Assembly (NCBI GenBank): GCA_046757665.1
Contig: JBHHYO010000002.1
Span: 43,129 to 107,128 of the forward strand
Origin: Nitrospinales bacterium
Lineage (GTDB): Bacteria > Nitrospinota > Nitrospinia > Nitrospinales > JAJDAT01
Direction of reading: 5' to 3'
Length of the DNA: 64,000 nucleotides
The notes under the pieces were generated by a model. It was not told the origin of the DNA. It was given only the letters and a program-made list of their open reading frames with translations, and made no database searches. A program made the translations under genes and the position numbers. Below are positions 29,721 to 39,322 of the stretch, in pieces (position 1 is the stretch's first letter; each line of letters starts with the position of its first letter).

Positions 29721-31204
29721 AACCCTTTTATCTCGACAAATCCCTCGGTTTGGATATCCGGGAAGAATCGGTGGCGATAACGCTTCTGGGAAAACAGTTG
29801 CGTTCCATTCATACGCTGGGTTCCCGTTTTTTCAAGATTCAACCTTTAAGGGGGAATGACGAGTCCGCCGAAAAGGCCGAGAAATTTTTTCTGGAGGAAA
29901 TCAACCGTTTCCTTATGCGCTATCCCCATGCGCCCAACAATGTGATTCTCAGTCTGCCGCGCAACCTCATCACCTTCAAAACCTTTGACCTGCCCGCGCC
30001 GGACAGAAAATCCATCGACGCCATGATCAAGTTTGAGCTGGAGAAGCACTGCGCCGTCAGCGTGGACAGCTTATATTTTTCCTATCTCGCAACCGAAAAA
30101 GCAAAAAACCAGTTCCACATCGTTTTATCCGCCGTCAAACGGGAGGTGGCCGATTACTATCTGGACCTGATCAAAAAGATTGACCTCAAACCTTCGATCA
30201 TGGACGTTTCCACGTTTTCCAACCTGAATTTAATCCAATCCAACGGCGGAGTGAAGGAACGCATCGCCACGGTCATCGACCTTGGTTCAACCGGCATGGA
30301 TATCAGCATTCTCAAGGAAGGAGTTATCGAAACGTCCAGGAATGTTCCCATTCAGGACGCGGAGTTTCTTGCCTCATACTTCCGCGATGACTACCCCCCG
30401 GAACATTTCAAGAAATCGTCCGAGAAGTTGGGACGGATCATCATTGACGAAATACAAACCTGCCTGTCTTCCTGCAACAGCATCGCCCCCGACGAACCGG
30501 TCGAAAAAATCTACCTCTTCGGTGGAGGCTATTACGCGGAACCCCTGGCCGAATACCTGGAGCAACAGACCGGCGTAACCGCCAAAACCGTTGCCCCGCC
30601 TTACGATAAAAACCAGACCATTTCCCCAAACTTCGTGCCCTCCCTGATGGGCACCTCCTTGAGCCTGGGGCTAAGGAAATTAAGAAGCAACTGGGCGGAA
30701 ATCAACATTCTGCCGCGGACGTTGCGTCCCAAGAAAAGCAAGTTCAACCTGAAAACCACGTTGGCCTTTTCCGTCATCGTCGCCTTGTTGCTCGTGGGTT
30801 TGCTCGTGGTGAAAATCGTTCACAACAACTTAACGTTGAACAACCTTAAAGACCAATTGAAAGAAGCCAGGTCGCAAGTGGTGGGTCTGGAGAAAATCGA
30901 CCTGGAATATGACGCCCTGATGCAATTTGTCGATCTTTTCGCCAACATTGATAAACAATCACCCCCCAAATTGCCGGTACTCCAGGAGCTGAGCACAATC
31001 ATTCCCAAGGATACCTGGCTGACGGACATTTCCTTTTCCAAGGACAAGATGGAGATCAAGGGCTTGTCCGCTTCGGCCTCCAAGCTGATCCCGATTCTGG
31101 AAAGTTCGCCTTATTTCAAGGACACCGCGTTCAACGGCAGTATCGTCACCCAGGGCAATGGGGAAAAATTTACCATCCGTTCCACGGTGGAGGCTCGGCA
31201 ATGA
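29717..31204 (+). CDS. gspL: GspL-like (PilM/PilN fusion-type) protein
   Basis: Actin-like N-terminal domain (SLGLDI, DLG, GGG), INILP, one TM helix and a PilN-like C-terminus (L.EL...IP.D.WL, LE.SPYF). Confidence 0.8.
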   Translation: MKPFYLDKSLGLDIREESVAITLLGKQLRSIHTLGSRFFKIQPLRGNDESAEKAEKFFLEEINRFLMRYPHAPNNVILSLPRNLITFKTFDLPAPDRKSIDAMIKFELEKHCAVSVDSLYFSYLATEKAKNQFHIVLSAVKREVADYYLDLIKKIDLKPSIMDVSTFSNLNLIQSNGGVKERIATVIDLGSTGMDISILKEGVIETSRNVPIQDAEFLASYFRDDYPPEHFKKSSEKLGRIIIDEIQTCLSSCNSIAPDEPVEKIYLFGGGYYAEPLAEYLEQQTGVTAKTVAPPYDKNQTISPNFVPSLMGTSLSLGLRKLRSNWAEINILPRTLRPKKSKFNLKTTLAFSVIVALLLVGLLVVKIVHNNLTLNNLKDQLKEARSQVVGLEKIDLEYDALMQFVDLFANIDKQSPPKLPVLQELSTIIPKDTWLTDISFSKDKMEIKGLSASASKLIPILESSPYFKDTAFNGSIVTQGNGEKFTIRSTVEARQ

Positions 31205-31782
31205 TCAAGAATCTGAGCCAAAAAGACAAACGCGCTTTAATTCTCGGAGGCGTCTGCGTCGTTGCCTACCTCCTTTTTGTGTTTGGAGTACAACCGATTT
31301 ACCTGAAACAGAAAAATATCAACGAACAAATCCACAATAAAATCTTCTTTATAAAAAAATACCGGGAAATTCTGAACCAGAAGGCTTATTATAATCAGAA
31401 GCGCGAGGCGGCCAAAGCCATCCAGGCCGATCTGAACCGCAAATTCCTGGGAAAGAAAAAACCGGCGCTGGCCGCGGCAAGCCTGCAAAAAGTCCTGGAG
31501 AACTATGCTCAGCGGACTTCCGTAAATATCGAGAGCGCCCGAATAAAAAAATCCCAGTTTACCGGACACCTCCTCGCGGTTCCGGTTGAGATCAATGTTC
31601 GTTCCACTTTAAACAACCTCATTCAGTTTATTTATTTGATCGAAAACCATGAAAAATTTTTGGTGATTGACGAGGCCGCCATACGGCGGGTCAACAAAAC
31701 CGATCCGGAAGAACTGCAAACCCGATTATCGATTTTGGGTTTTATTCGTGAACGGGAAAAGAGCAACACAAAAAAGACATGA
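31201..31782 (+). CDS. gspM: GspM/PilO-like protein
   Basis: LS.KDKR.L, TM helix, coiled coil and L.QF.Y.IE. Lies between gspL and gspD. Confidence 0.75.
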   Translation: MIKNLSQKDKRALILGGVCVVAYLLFVFGVQPIYLKQKNINEQIHNKIFFIKKYREILNQKAYYNQKREAAKAIQADLNRKFLGKKKPALAAASLQKVLENYAQRTSVNIESARIKKSQFTGHLLAVPVEINVRSTLNNLIQFIYLIENHEKFLVIDEAAIRRVNKTDPEELQTRLSILGFIREREKSNTKKT

Positions 31783-34238
31783 AAAAATCATTTCTTATTC
31801 TAGCCGTTTCGAGCTTGATCCTGAGTTCGGCTTGCATGTCCCACAAGCCAAGCGCCGTGGAACGCCTGAAAACCCAATTTTCAAAAGATCAAATCGAAAG
31901 TATGAAGTTTCCCGACCGGGTTCCTTCGGAAAAAAAAATCCCCTCCACTCAGGAGCAATACCAGGCCAAGGGCATTGAAGAGGAGCTTAAAACCTTAAGA
32001 AAAATCCCTCCGGCCCCCAAGGTCAAAACCGTAGTGGTCACCGCCATGGAAACCACATTGCGGAAAGGACCCGGGACCCGGTTCAAGAAAGTTGGCGTCG
32101 CCCGCAAGGGGAATTCCTTTAAGCTGTTGCGGATCACCCACAGCCCCCGCGAAGGGCAAGCCTGGTACCTGGTGCAGGACAGAAACGGAAAAAAATATTT
32201 CCTGTCCAGCATGTTCTCCACCATCCACGTAGCCAATAACATAAATATAGAAAAGGAAACCATTCACAAGAAACAAAAGACATCCCTGTCGAAACTGCAA
32301 ACCATCATCAACCCCACGCCTCCCCTGCCCCCCGAACTGGTTAAAGCCAAGCACATCACCCTGAACTTCGAGGATACCGACATCAACGATGTCATCACCA
32401 CCTTCAGCGAACTCTTGAAAATCGACTACATCATTGAAGGGAACGTCAGCGGCAAGGTCACTTTGCAAACCTTCAACAAAATTCCGGTCGAGGACCTGTA
32501 CTCCGTTTTGGAGCAAATCCTGGCCCTGCACAATATCACCGTCGTTAAAAGCGGCAATTTTTATCGCTTTTTGCCGGTTGCCAACGCGGTCAAAAAACCT
32601 CTCAGCATTTACTATGGCATCGACGCCAAAGTCCCGCCCAACGAAAGGTTGGTCATCGAGATCATTCCACTCAGGCATATTTCCGTGGAATCGATGAAAA
32701 AAATCATCGCTCCGCTTTTGACCACCAATGCCAGCTTCATCGAGATTCCCGAGACCAACAATCTGATGATGATCGAGCTCGGCTCCAACATCAAAAGAAT
32801 TCTTAAAGTGGTGGAGGCTCTGGACATCGACAAGCTCGCCTCCTCGGACATCGAACTGTACACCATCAAACACACGGACGCGGATCTTGTGGCCAACGAG
32901 CTCAGTGAAATTTTCTCGACCCTGGGGTTTGAGGATGCCATCGGCGAATCGCTCAACTTTCTTCCCCTGTCCCGGTTAAATTCCATCCTGGTCGTCAACG
33001 CTTTCAAATCCATCCTGCCGACCATCGAGTTCTGGATCAACAAGCTGGACAAGCCGATCGCCGAAAGCCAGGTCAGCACTTTTGTTTATTACGTCCAAAA
33101 CGGGGAAGCGGACAAGTTGGCGGCGCTGTTGAATGCCATATTCAAGAAGAAAGAAAAACCGGTAAAGGCCTCCCGCGCCAGGAAGCTTTTGAGGAAAAAA
33201 CCGGAAACCGCGAAGACCTCCACAAAAGCCAAGACGGCGGGAAAACCCAAGACCCAAACAAAAAAAAGGCGGCCTACGCTCAAAGTAACGGGGGGCCTGG
33301 AAGAAAAACTGAAAGGCGAACTCACCATCATTGCCGACAAGGATACCAATTCCCTGATCATCCGCACCAACCCCAAAAATTATCCGCCCATTTTGGAGTT
33401 GCTCAAAAAGTTGGACCTCATGCCCAAGCAGGTTTTCATCGAGGTACTGATCCTGGACCTGACCATCGACAAACAGGTTAAATCGGGGCTGGAATGGGCT
33501 CTGGAGGGAAAGGTGGACAATGCCAATTTCGCCACCGGCTCGGACACGGGAAGCGGCGCCGGCCTGGGCCCCAGCCTGGGGTCCGCAACCTCGCTTTTCG
33601 CCAATCCCGGATTCAGCTTCTTCCTCGGCAATGCCAACAAGCTGAAAGCGTTGTTGCAAGCCTTCGCCTCGGACTCCAAGGCCAATGTGCTTTCCAATCC
33701 GATCCTGATCACCTCCAACAACAAAAAAGCCAACATTTCCATCACGGATGAAATTCCCATCCAAAGCACCACCATAACCACGCCAACCGCCGGCCAGCCG
33801 CTGACCCAGTCCACCATCCAGTTCCGCAGTGTCGGCATCAAGCTGAGTATTGAGCCCAAAATCAATTCGGAGAATTTCGTCAACTTGAAAGTCAATCAGG
33901 AAATCAGCAAGCCCGGTCCGGTCATTCAAGGCACCACTTCATTTAATATTCGTACGATCAACACGGAAGTCGTGGTCAAGGACAACCAGGTTCTCGTGAT
34001 GGGAGGGTTGATGCAAACGCTCACAAATGAAGCCAACAGCGGCATTCCGGGTTTGAAGAACCTGCCGTTTTTCGGCAGATTGTTCCGTTCCCAAAACAAC
34101 TCCAAAAACAAAACGGAACTGATGATTTTCATTGCGCCTCACGTCATCAACACTATTTACGACGCAGACACCGCCACCAGCCAGATCAAGAACCGGCTTT
34201 TCAATTTAAAAAAAGAATTTCACTTGAACAACAGTTAA
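31779..34238 (+). CDS. gspD: T2SS secretin GspD, lipoprotein with N-terminal SH3b-like domain
   Basis: Lipobox LSSAC, ITLNF.D.DI (N0), N1-N3 repeats, LD..P.QV.IE, GIPGL..LP..G.LF and TELMIFI.P. Confidence 0.93.
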   Translation: MKKSFLILAVSSLILSSACMSHKPSAVERLKTQFSKDQIESMKFPDRVPSEKKIPSTQEQYQAKGIEEELKTLRKIPPAPKVKTVVVTAMETTLRKGPGTRFKKVGVARKGNSFKLLRITHSPREGQAWYLVQDRNGKKYFLSSMFSTIHVANNINIEKETIHKKQKTSLSKLQTIINPTPPLPPELVKAKHITLNFEDTDINDVITTFSELLKIDYIIEGNVSGKVTLQTFNKIPVEDLYSVLEQILALHNITVVKSGNFYRFLPVANAVKKPLSIYYGIDAKVPPNERLVIEIIPLRHISVESMKKIIAPLLTTNASFIEIPETNNLMMIELGSNIKRILKVVEALDIDKLASSDIELYTIKHTDADLVANELSEIFSTLGFEDAIGESLNFLPLSRLNSILVVNAFKSILPTIEFWINKLDKPIAESQVSTFVYYVQNGEADKLAALLNAIFKKKEKPVKASRARKLLRKKPETAKTSTKAKTAGKPKTQTKKRRPTLKVTGGLEEKLKGELTIIADKDTNSLIIRTNPKNYPPILELLKKLDLMPKQVFIEVLILDLTIDKQVKSGLEWALEGKVDNANFATGSDTGSGAGLGPSLGSATSLFANPGFSFFLGNANKLKALLQAFASDSKANVLSNPILITSNNKKANISITDEIPIQSTTITTPTAGQPLTQSTIQFRSVGIKLSIEPKINSENFVNLKVNQEISKPGPVIQGTTSFNIRTINTEVVVKDNQVLVMGGLMQTLTNEANSGIPGLKNLPFFGRLFRSQNNSKNKTELMIFIAPHVINTIYDADTATSQIKNRLFNLKKEFHLNNS

Positions 34239-34350
34239 CCTGATTCCCAAGTCCCGTACGCAAGCCCTGGGGCAAGACGGAAACGGCAATCCACGGCGCC
34301 GCGCCAAAAGGCGCCATCTGCCGAAAACCCGCTATCCCCGGAGACCCTTG

Positions 34351-34380
34351 TTGACTTTGTCCGGAGGGTGCTTTTATAAT
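34351..34380 (+). promoter_or_regulatory. Sigma70-like promoter upstream of cysK
   Basis: TTGACT-18 nt-TATAAT, with AAGGA before the ATG at 34432. Confidence 0.65.
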
Positions 34381-34431
34381 TTATATCTTTGCCTTGCTTG
34401 AAGGGCTCCACTCCCACAAGGAAACACCGAT

Positions 34432-35373
34432 ATGACACTGCTGGACAAACTCAAATCCAAAGCCAGGAATAGTTTGGAGTTGATCGGCTCCACGCCTTTG
34501 GTTAAACTGAACAAAGTCGCCCCTTCCAACGGATCGAACATTTACGCGAAACTGGAGTTCTTCAATCCAGGGGGAAGCGTTAAGGACCGCATCGCCCTGT
34601 CCATGATTGAAAGCGCCGAGAAAGCGGGACTTCTCAAACCCGGCGCGACGATCATTGAACCCACAAGCGGAAATACCGGGATTGGCCTGGCATTGGTGGG
34701 AGCGGTCAAGGGCTATGACGTCATCCTCGTCATGTCGGAAAACATGAGCGCGGAACGCAGGATGATTCTGGAAAGCTTTGGAGCCAAAACGGAATTGAGC
34801 CGCGCGGAATTTGGCATGCAGGGTACCATCGAGCGGGCCGAGGAGTTAATGGCGGCCCATCCGGATTACTTCATGCCGCAACAATTCAACAACCCCGCCA
34901 ACCCGGAAGTGCATCGCAAAACCACCGGGCCGGAAATTGTCGAAGCCATGCAGGACGCGCCTCTCCATGCCTTCGTCGCCGGCATCGGCACCGGCGGCAC
35001 GATCACCGGAGTCGGGGAAGTCTTGAAACAACATTTCGCCGAAGTTAAAATCGTTGGAGTCGAACCGTCCACCTCCGCCGTGCTGTCCGGGAATCCGCCC
35101 GGACCCCATAAAATCCAGGGCATCGGCGCCGGGTTCAAACCCAAGGTTCTGAATATGGATATCGTCGACGATATCCGGCCGATTTCAGACGAGGATGCCT
35201 TCAAATTTTCCCAACGGCTGGCCAAGGAAGAAGGCCTCTTCGTGGGCATTTCCGCCGGCGCCGCATGTTGCGCCGCGCATCGGCTCGCCCAGGAAATGGG
35301 GCCGGGAAAAAATGTCGTCGTTATCCTGCCCGACACCGGAGAAAGATATTTCAGTTTTCACCAATATTTTTAA
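34432..35373 (+). CDS. cysK: Cysteine synthase A
   Basis: KLEFFNPGGSVKDR, EPTSGNTG, QQF.NPANP, GIGTGGT, HKIQGIGAGF and PDTGERY. Confidence 0.93.
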   Translation: MTLLDKLKSKARNSLELIGSTPLVKLNKVAPSNGSNIYAKLEFFNPGGSVKDRIALSMIESAEKAGLLKPGATIIEPTSGNTGIGLALVGAVKGYDVILVMSENMSAERRMILESFGAKTELSRAEFGMQGTIERAEELMAAHPDYFMPQQFNNPANPEVHRKTTGPEIVEAMQDAPLHAFVAGIGTGGTITGVGEVLKQHFAEVKIVGVEPSTSAVLSGNPPGPHKIQGIGAGFKPKVLNMDIVDDIRPISDEDAFKFSQRLAKEEGLFVGISAGAACCAAHRLAQEMGPGKNVVVILPDTGERYFSFHQYF

Positions 35374-35402
35374 TCCTTAATCTTTTGGGAAGTCAATCTG
35401 CG

Positions 35403-36641
35403 ATGGGATACGTAAAAGGTTTGCGGTGTAAAGAATGCGGCAGAAATTACGACAAACTGCCGATTCATGTCTGCGAATATTGTTTTGGACCGTTGGAAGT
35501 CGATTACGATTACGAAAAAATAAAAAAGGTCGTCAGCCGGAAATCCATCCTGGCCGGCCCCTGTTCCATGTGGCGGTACAAGGCGCTGTTGCCTATTGAC
35601 GAGGAACCCAAGGTCGGCCATCACGTCGGCTTCACCCCGCTGATCAAAGCCAAAAACCTGGGCAAGGCCCTCGGACTGAACAACCTTTACATCAAGAACG
35701 ATTCCGTCAACCACCCCACATTTTCTTTCAAGGACCGGGTGGTTTGCGTCGCCATCTCCAAGGCTCTTGAGTTCGGGTTCGACACGGTGTCCTGCGCCTC
35801 AACCGGCAATCTGGCCAATTCGGTGGCGGCCCACTCGGCGGAAGCCGGCTTGAAAAGCTATATCTTCATCCCCGACGGCCTGGAAGCGGGGAAAATCCTT
35901 GCTACCCTCGTTTACGGCACGCAACTGATCCGCGTTCGCGGCAATTACGACGATGTCAACCGATTGTGCAGTGAGATCGCCGGCAGACACAAATGGGCCT
36001 TCGTGAATATCAATATCCGTCCCTACTATGGCGACGGCTCCAAGTCCTACGGTTACGAAATCGCCGAGCAACTGGGTTGGAAAGCTCCGGACAACGTCGT
36101 CGTCCCCGTGGCGGGAAGCTCGCTGATCACCAAAATCTGGAAAGCCTTTCAGGAGTTTAACAACCTGGAACTGATCGACAAAGTGCAAACAAAAATATTC
36201 GCCGCCCAGGCCAGCGGGTGCGCCCCCGTGACAACGGCGATCAAAAACGGCGCCGATTTTTTCAAACCCGTCAAACCCCACACCATCGCCAAATCCATAG
36301 CCATCGGCAATCCCGCGGACGGCTTTTACGGCATAAAAATCGCCAACCAAAGCGGCGGATACGGCGAAGACGTCAGCGACGAAGAAATCGTCAAGTCCAT
36401 GATGCTCCTGGCGGAAACCGAGGGAATTTTCACGGAAACCGCCGGCGGCGTGGTGGTCGGCGTGACTCAAAAACTGGTCCAGCAGGGCCGCATCAAGCCC
36501 GACGAGTTGACCGTGATCTGCATTACCGGCAACGGCCTCAAAACCCAGGAAGCGCTGGATGGCTCCTTCGCCGAACCGGTTTTGATCGAACCGCGCCTTA
36601 ACAGTTTTGAAGAAATTTTGTCCAACAGTTTAATGGTCTAA
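35403..36641 (+). CDS. thrC: Threonine synthase (fold-type II PLP enzyme)
   Basis: N-terminal CxxC...CxxC, PTFSFKDR, ASTGNLA, TIAKSIAIGNPADG and TGNGLKT. Confidence 0.88.
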   Translation: MGYVKGLRCKECGRNYDKLPIHVCEYCFGPLEVDYDYEKIKKVVSRKSILAGPCSMWRYKALLPIDEEPKVGHHVGFTPLIKAKNLGKALGLNNLYIKNDSVNHPTFSFKDRVVCVAISKALEFGFDTVSCASTGNLANSVAAHSAEAGLKSYIFIPDGLEAGKILATLVYGTQLIRVRGNYDDVNRLCSEIAGRHKWAFVNINIRPYYGDGSKSYGYEIAEQLGWKAPDNVVVPVAGSSLITKIWKAFQEFNNLELIDKVQTKIFAAQASGCAPVTTAIKNGADFFKPVKPHTIAKSIAIGNPADGFYGIKIANQSGGYGEDVSDEEIVKSMMLLAETEGIFTETAGGVVVGVTQKLVQQGRIKPDELTVICITGNGLKTQEALDGSFAEPVLIEPRLNSFEEILSNSLMV

Positions 36642-36656
36642 AGGAGACAGCAAACG

Positions 36657-36941
36657 ATGACCGTAACCGTCAGAATTCCCTCCCCTCTGCTGAAATTAAC
36701 CGACAATCAAAGCGAAGTTTCCGCGGAGGGGAAAACCATCGCCGAAATTCTCGACAACCTGGAGAGCCAGTTTGCCGGAATCAAGGAAAGAATCTGCGAG
36801 GAAAACGGCGCCCCCAGAAGATTCATCAACATTTACCTGAATGAAGAGGACATCCGCTTTATGCAGGGCGAGAATACCGAAGTCAAGGCGGGCGATGAAA
36901 TTTCCATTATTCCCGCCATAGCCGGCGGCCGAAACCCATGA
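36657..36941 (+). CDS. Ubiquitin-like sulfur carrier (MoaD/ThiS/CysO family)
   Basis: V.VRIP..L, FINIYLN.EDIRF and IIPAIAGG followed by RNP. Confidence 0.92.
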   Translation: MTVTVRIPSPLLKLTDNQSEVSAEGKTIAEILDNLESQFAGIKERICEENGAPRRFINIYLNEEDIRFMQGENTEVKAGDEISIIPAIAGGRNP

Positions 36942-37744
36942 CCGATTTCACCGACGAACAGATCGAACGCTACAGCCGCCATATTATTCTGCCCGAAGTG
37001 GGCGGCATCGGACAAAAAAAGATGCTGGACGCCAAAGTGCTCCTCATCGGCGCGGGCGGGCTGGGTAGCCCCGCCGCCCTGTATCTTGCCGCCGCCGGCG
37101 TCGGATGCCTCGGCATCGTCGATTTCGACGTGGTGGACCTCAGCAATTTGCAACGGCAGATTCTTCACACCACGTCGCGCATCGGTATGCGAAAAACCGA
37201 CTCCGCCAAACAAACGATTCAGGCCCTCAACCCGGATGTCCGGGTGACCCTGTTCGATGAACAACTGAACGCGCAAAATATTCTGCAAATCATCGAGGAT
37301 TTCGATTACGTGCTCGACGGCACCGACAACTTTCCCACTCGCTACCTGATCAACGATGCGTGCGTCATGAAGGGGAAACCCAACATCCATGGCAGTATGT
37401 TTCGGTTTGAGGGTCAGGTTTCCGTTTTCAAGCCCAAGGAAGGGCCGTGTTACCGTTGCCTTTACCCGGCCCCTCCCCCGCCCGGGCTGGTGCCCAATTG
37501 TCAGGAAGGCGGCGTTCTGGGAGTCCTTCCCGGAATCATCGGCAACCTGCAAGTGGTTGAAACCCTGAAATTGATTCTGGGCATTGGCAAGCCGCTCATC
37601 GGCCGCCTGCTGATTTACGACGCCCTGCAAACCTCATTTCGCACCCTGAAGCTAAAGCGGGATGTCAACTGCCCTGTATGCAGTGAACACCCAACAATCA
37701 CGGAACTGGTGGATTACGAGCAATTTTGCGGGGTTTCCCGATAA
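36938..37744 (+). CDS. moeB: E1-like adenylyltransferase MoeB/ThiF (no rhodanese domain)
   Basis: RYSRH, GAGGLG, SNLQRQ, DGTDNF.TRY, PCYRC and CPVC. Confidence 0.92.
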   Translation: MTDFTDEQIERYSRHIILPEVGGIGQKKMLDAKVLLIGAGGLGSPAALYLAAAGVGCLGIVDFDVVDLSNLQRQILHTTSRIGMRKTDSAKQTIQALNPDVRVTLFDEQLNAQNILQIIEDFDYVLDGTDNFPTRYLINDACVMKGKPNIHGSMFRFEGQVSVFKPKEGPCYRCLYPAPPPPGLVPNCQEGGVLGVLPGIIGNLQVVETLKLILGIGKPLIGRLLIYDALQTSFRTLKLKRDVNCPVCSEHPTITELVDYEQFCGVSR

Positions 37745-37861
37745 GCACGGCCGGCCCTGGTCCAGCAAACCATTTTTTTCAGCCGCATTTGAAATACTTG
37801 GTTATAATCAAGTAGATACGTTAATTTTCCCTTGAAACAAATTTCGAACGAACGCCCGACA

Positions 37862-38863
37862 ATGAACAAACCTGTCGTCCAAGCAGAAGACCTCCTCCCA
37901 GCCTGTCCCCTGATCACCGATAACTCCATATTGAAAGATATCGGAAACACGCCGTTGATCCGCATAAAAAACCTGGGCCGGGAATTCAAAGATGTTGAAA
38001 TCCACGCCAAGGCGGAATGGCGCAATGCCGGCGGCTCCGTGAAATCCCGGCCCGCCCTGAAAATGATCGAGGAAGGAGAAAAATCCGGCAAGCTCACCAA
38101 GGACAAAATCATCCTCGACTCCACTTCCGGCAACACCGGCATCGCCTACGCCCTGATCGGCAAGGTCAAGGGGTACAAAGTGAAACTCGTCATGCCGGCG
38201 AACGTCTGCAACGAGCGCAAGGGCCTTATGGCGGATTTTTACGGCGCCGAAATCATCACCTCCAGCCCCTTTGAGGGCTCCGACGGCGCCATTCGACTGG
38301 CACATAAAATCTACGAGGAAAATCCGGACATTTATTTCATGCCGGATCAATACAACAACCCCGCCAACTGGCAAGCCCATCTGGAAACCACCTCCAGGGA
38401 AATCTGGAAACAGACCCAGGGCCGCGTCACCCATTTTCTCGCCGGCATCGGCACCGGCGGAACCATCATGGGAACCACCCGCGGCCTGCACGAGTTCAAC
38501 CCGGACATCCTGTGCTACGCCGTGGAACCCGCCGAGGACCTCCATGGCATTGAAGGTCTGAAACACATGGCCAGCTCCATCGTGCCGGGGATTTACGACG
38601 AATCCATTCTTGACGGCAAAATCAGCGTTTCCACCGAAGACAGCTACGACATGGTCTCGACCCTGGAAAAGGAAGAAGGCATTCTGGTCGGGCAATCCTC
38701 CGCCGCCGCCATGAAAGCCGCGCTGGACCTGGCCTCGCGAATCAAGTCCGGAGTCATTATCACCGTCTTCCCCGACAGTTGCGAGCGGTGCTATATCAAT
38801 TTCGGCAAATTCCAGGAGTACGGCGAAACCCATTCCCACAAACTGCCCAAACACGACGCTTAG
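37862..38863 (+). CDS. cysM: Second cysteine synthase family protein (CysM / O-phosphoserine sulfhydrylase-like)
   Basis: KAEW.NAGGSVKSRPA, DSTSGNTG, DQY.N..N, GTGGT and HGIEGLKHM...VPGIYD. Confidence 0.78.
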   Translation: MNKPVVQAEDLLPACPLITDNSILKDIGNTPLIRIKNLGREFKDVEIHAKAEWRNAGGSVKSRPALKMIEEGEKSGKLTKDKIILDSTSGNTGIAYALIGKVKGYKVKLVMPANVCNERKGLMADFYGAEIITSSPFEGSDGAIRLAHKIYEENPDIYFMPDQYNNPANWQAHLETTSREIWKQTQGRVTHFLAGIGTGGTIMGTTRGLHEFNPDILCYAVEPAEDLHGIEGLKHMASSIVPGIYDESILDGKISVSTEDSYDMVSTLEKEEGILVGQSSAAAMKAALDLASRIKSGVIITVFPDSCERCYINFGKFQEYGETHSHKLPKHDA

Positions 38864-38892
38864 TAAAACATTTTTACTCGCCGGTCCCCGTC

Positions 38893-39225
38893 ATGTCCCG
38901 ATTCGACAAACACTTGTTCTTCTGCGTCAACGAACGCGCCGCCGGCAACCGCAAGGGTTGCTGTTCCTCCAAGGGGTCCGCGGAACTGTTGGACCATGCC
39001 AAAATGCGCGTCCACGAAATGGGCCTCAAGGGCAAGGTGCGGGTCAACAAAGCCGGTTGCCTGGACGCTTGCGCCCATGGCCCTACGCTGGTCGTCTATC
39101 CGGACGACACCTGGTACAGCCCACGCAACAAGGACGACGTCGAGGAAATTCTGCAAGAGCATATCCAAAACAACCGCATCGTCACGCGCCTGCTCATCCG
39201 ATTCAACCGGGGAAAAACCAACTGA
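38893..39225 (+). CDS. Thioredoxin-like [2Fe-2S] ferredoxin
   Basis: H.F.C.N.R......CC, R.NK.GCLD.C..GP..V.YP...WY and I..EH. Confidence 0.92.
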   Translation: MSRFDKHLFFCVNERAAGNRKGCCSSKGSAELLDHAKMRVHEMGLKGKVRVNKAGCLDACAHGPTLVVYPDDTWYSPRNKDDVEEILQEHIQNNRIVTRLLIRFNRGKTN

Positions 39226-39322
39226 TTCCGGCCGGGCGTGGCCCGGCTGGATCGCCACGCCGCTGGTCGCGGCTCGCGATGACGCCGGGGCGGCGAAGAA
39301 TCTCGGGCGATGCAAAGGTCTC
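39226..39322 (+). mobile_element. MITE-like repeat, copy 4 (left half missing)
   Basis: CCGGGCGTGGCCCGGCTGGATCGCCACGCCGC...CTCGCGATGAC followed by the right end TGCAAAGGTCTC, the exact reverse complement of GAGACCTTTGCA. Confidence 0.75.

Noticed and set aside
22511-34238. Type IV pilus rather than T2SS
   Set aside because: GspG and GspK signatures and the E-F-G-H-I-J-K-L-M-D order are present, and no PilT or major pilin is seen.
34239-34431. Possible SAM or T-box riboswitch before cysK
   Set aside because: No recognisable consensus, and the strong promoter at 34351-34380 leaves only a short leader.
35403-36641. Cysteate synthase feeding a sulfonolipid pathway with the oxoamine synthase
   Set aside because: The protein keeps the threonine-synthase motifs (SFKDR, ASTGN) and lies about 27 kb away; there is no positive evidence for the link.
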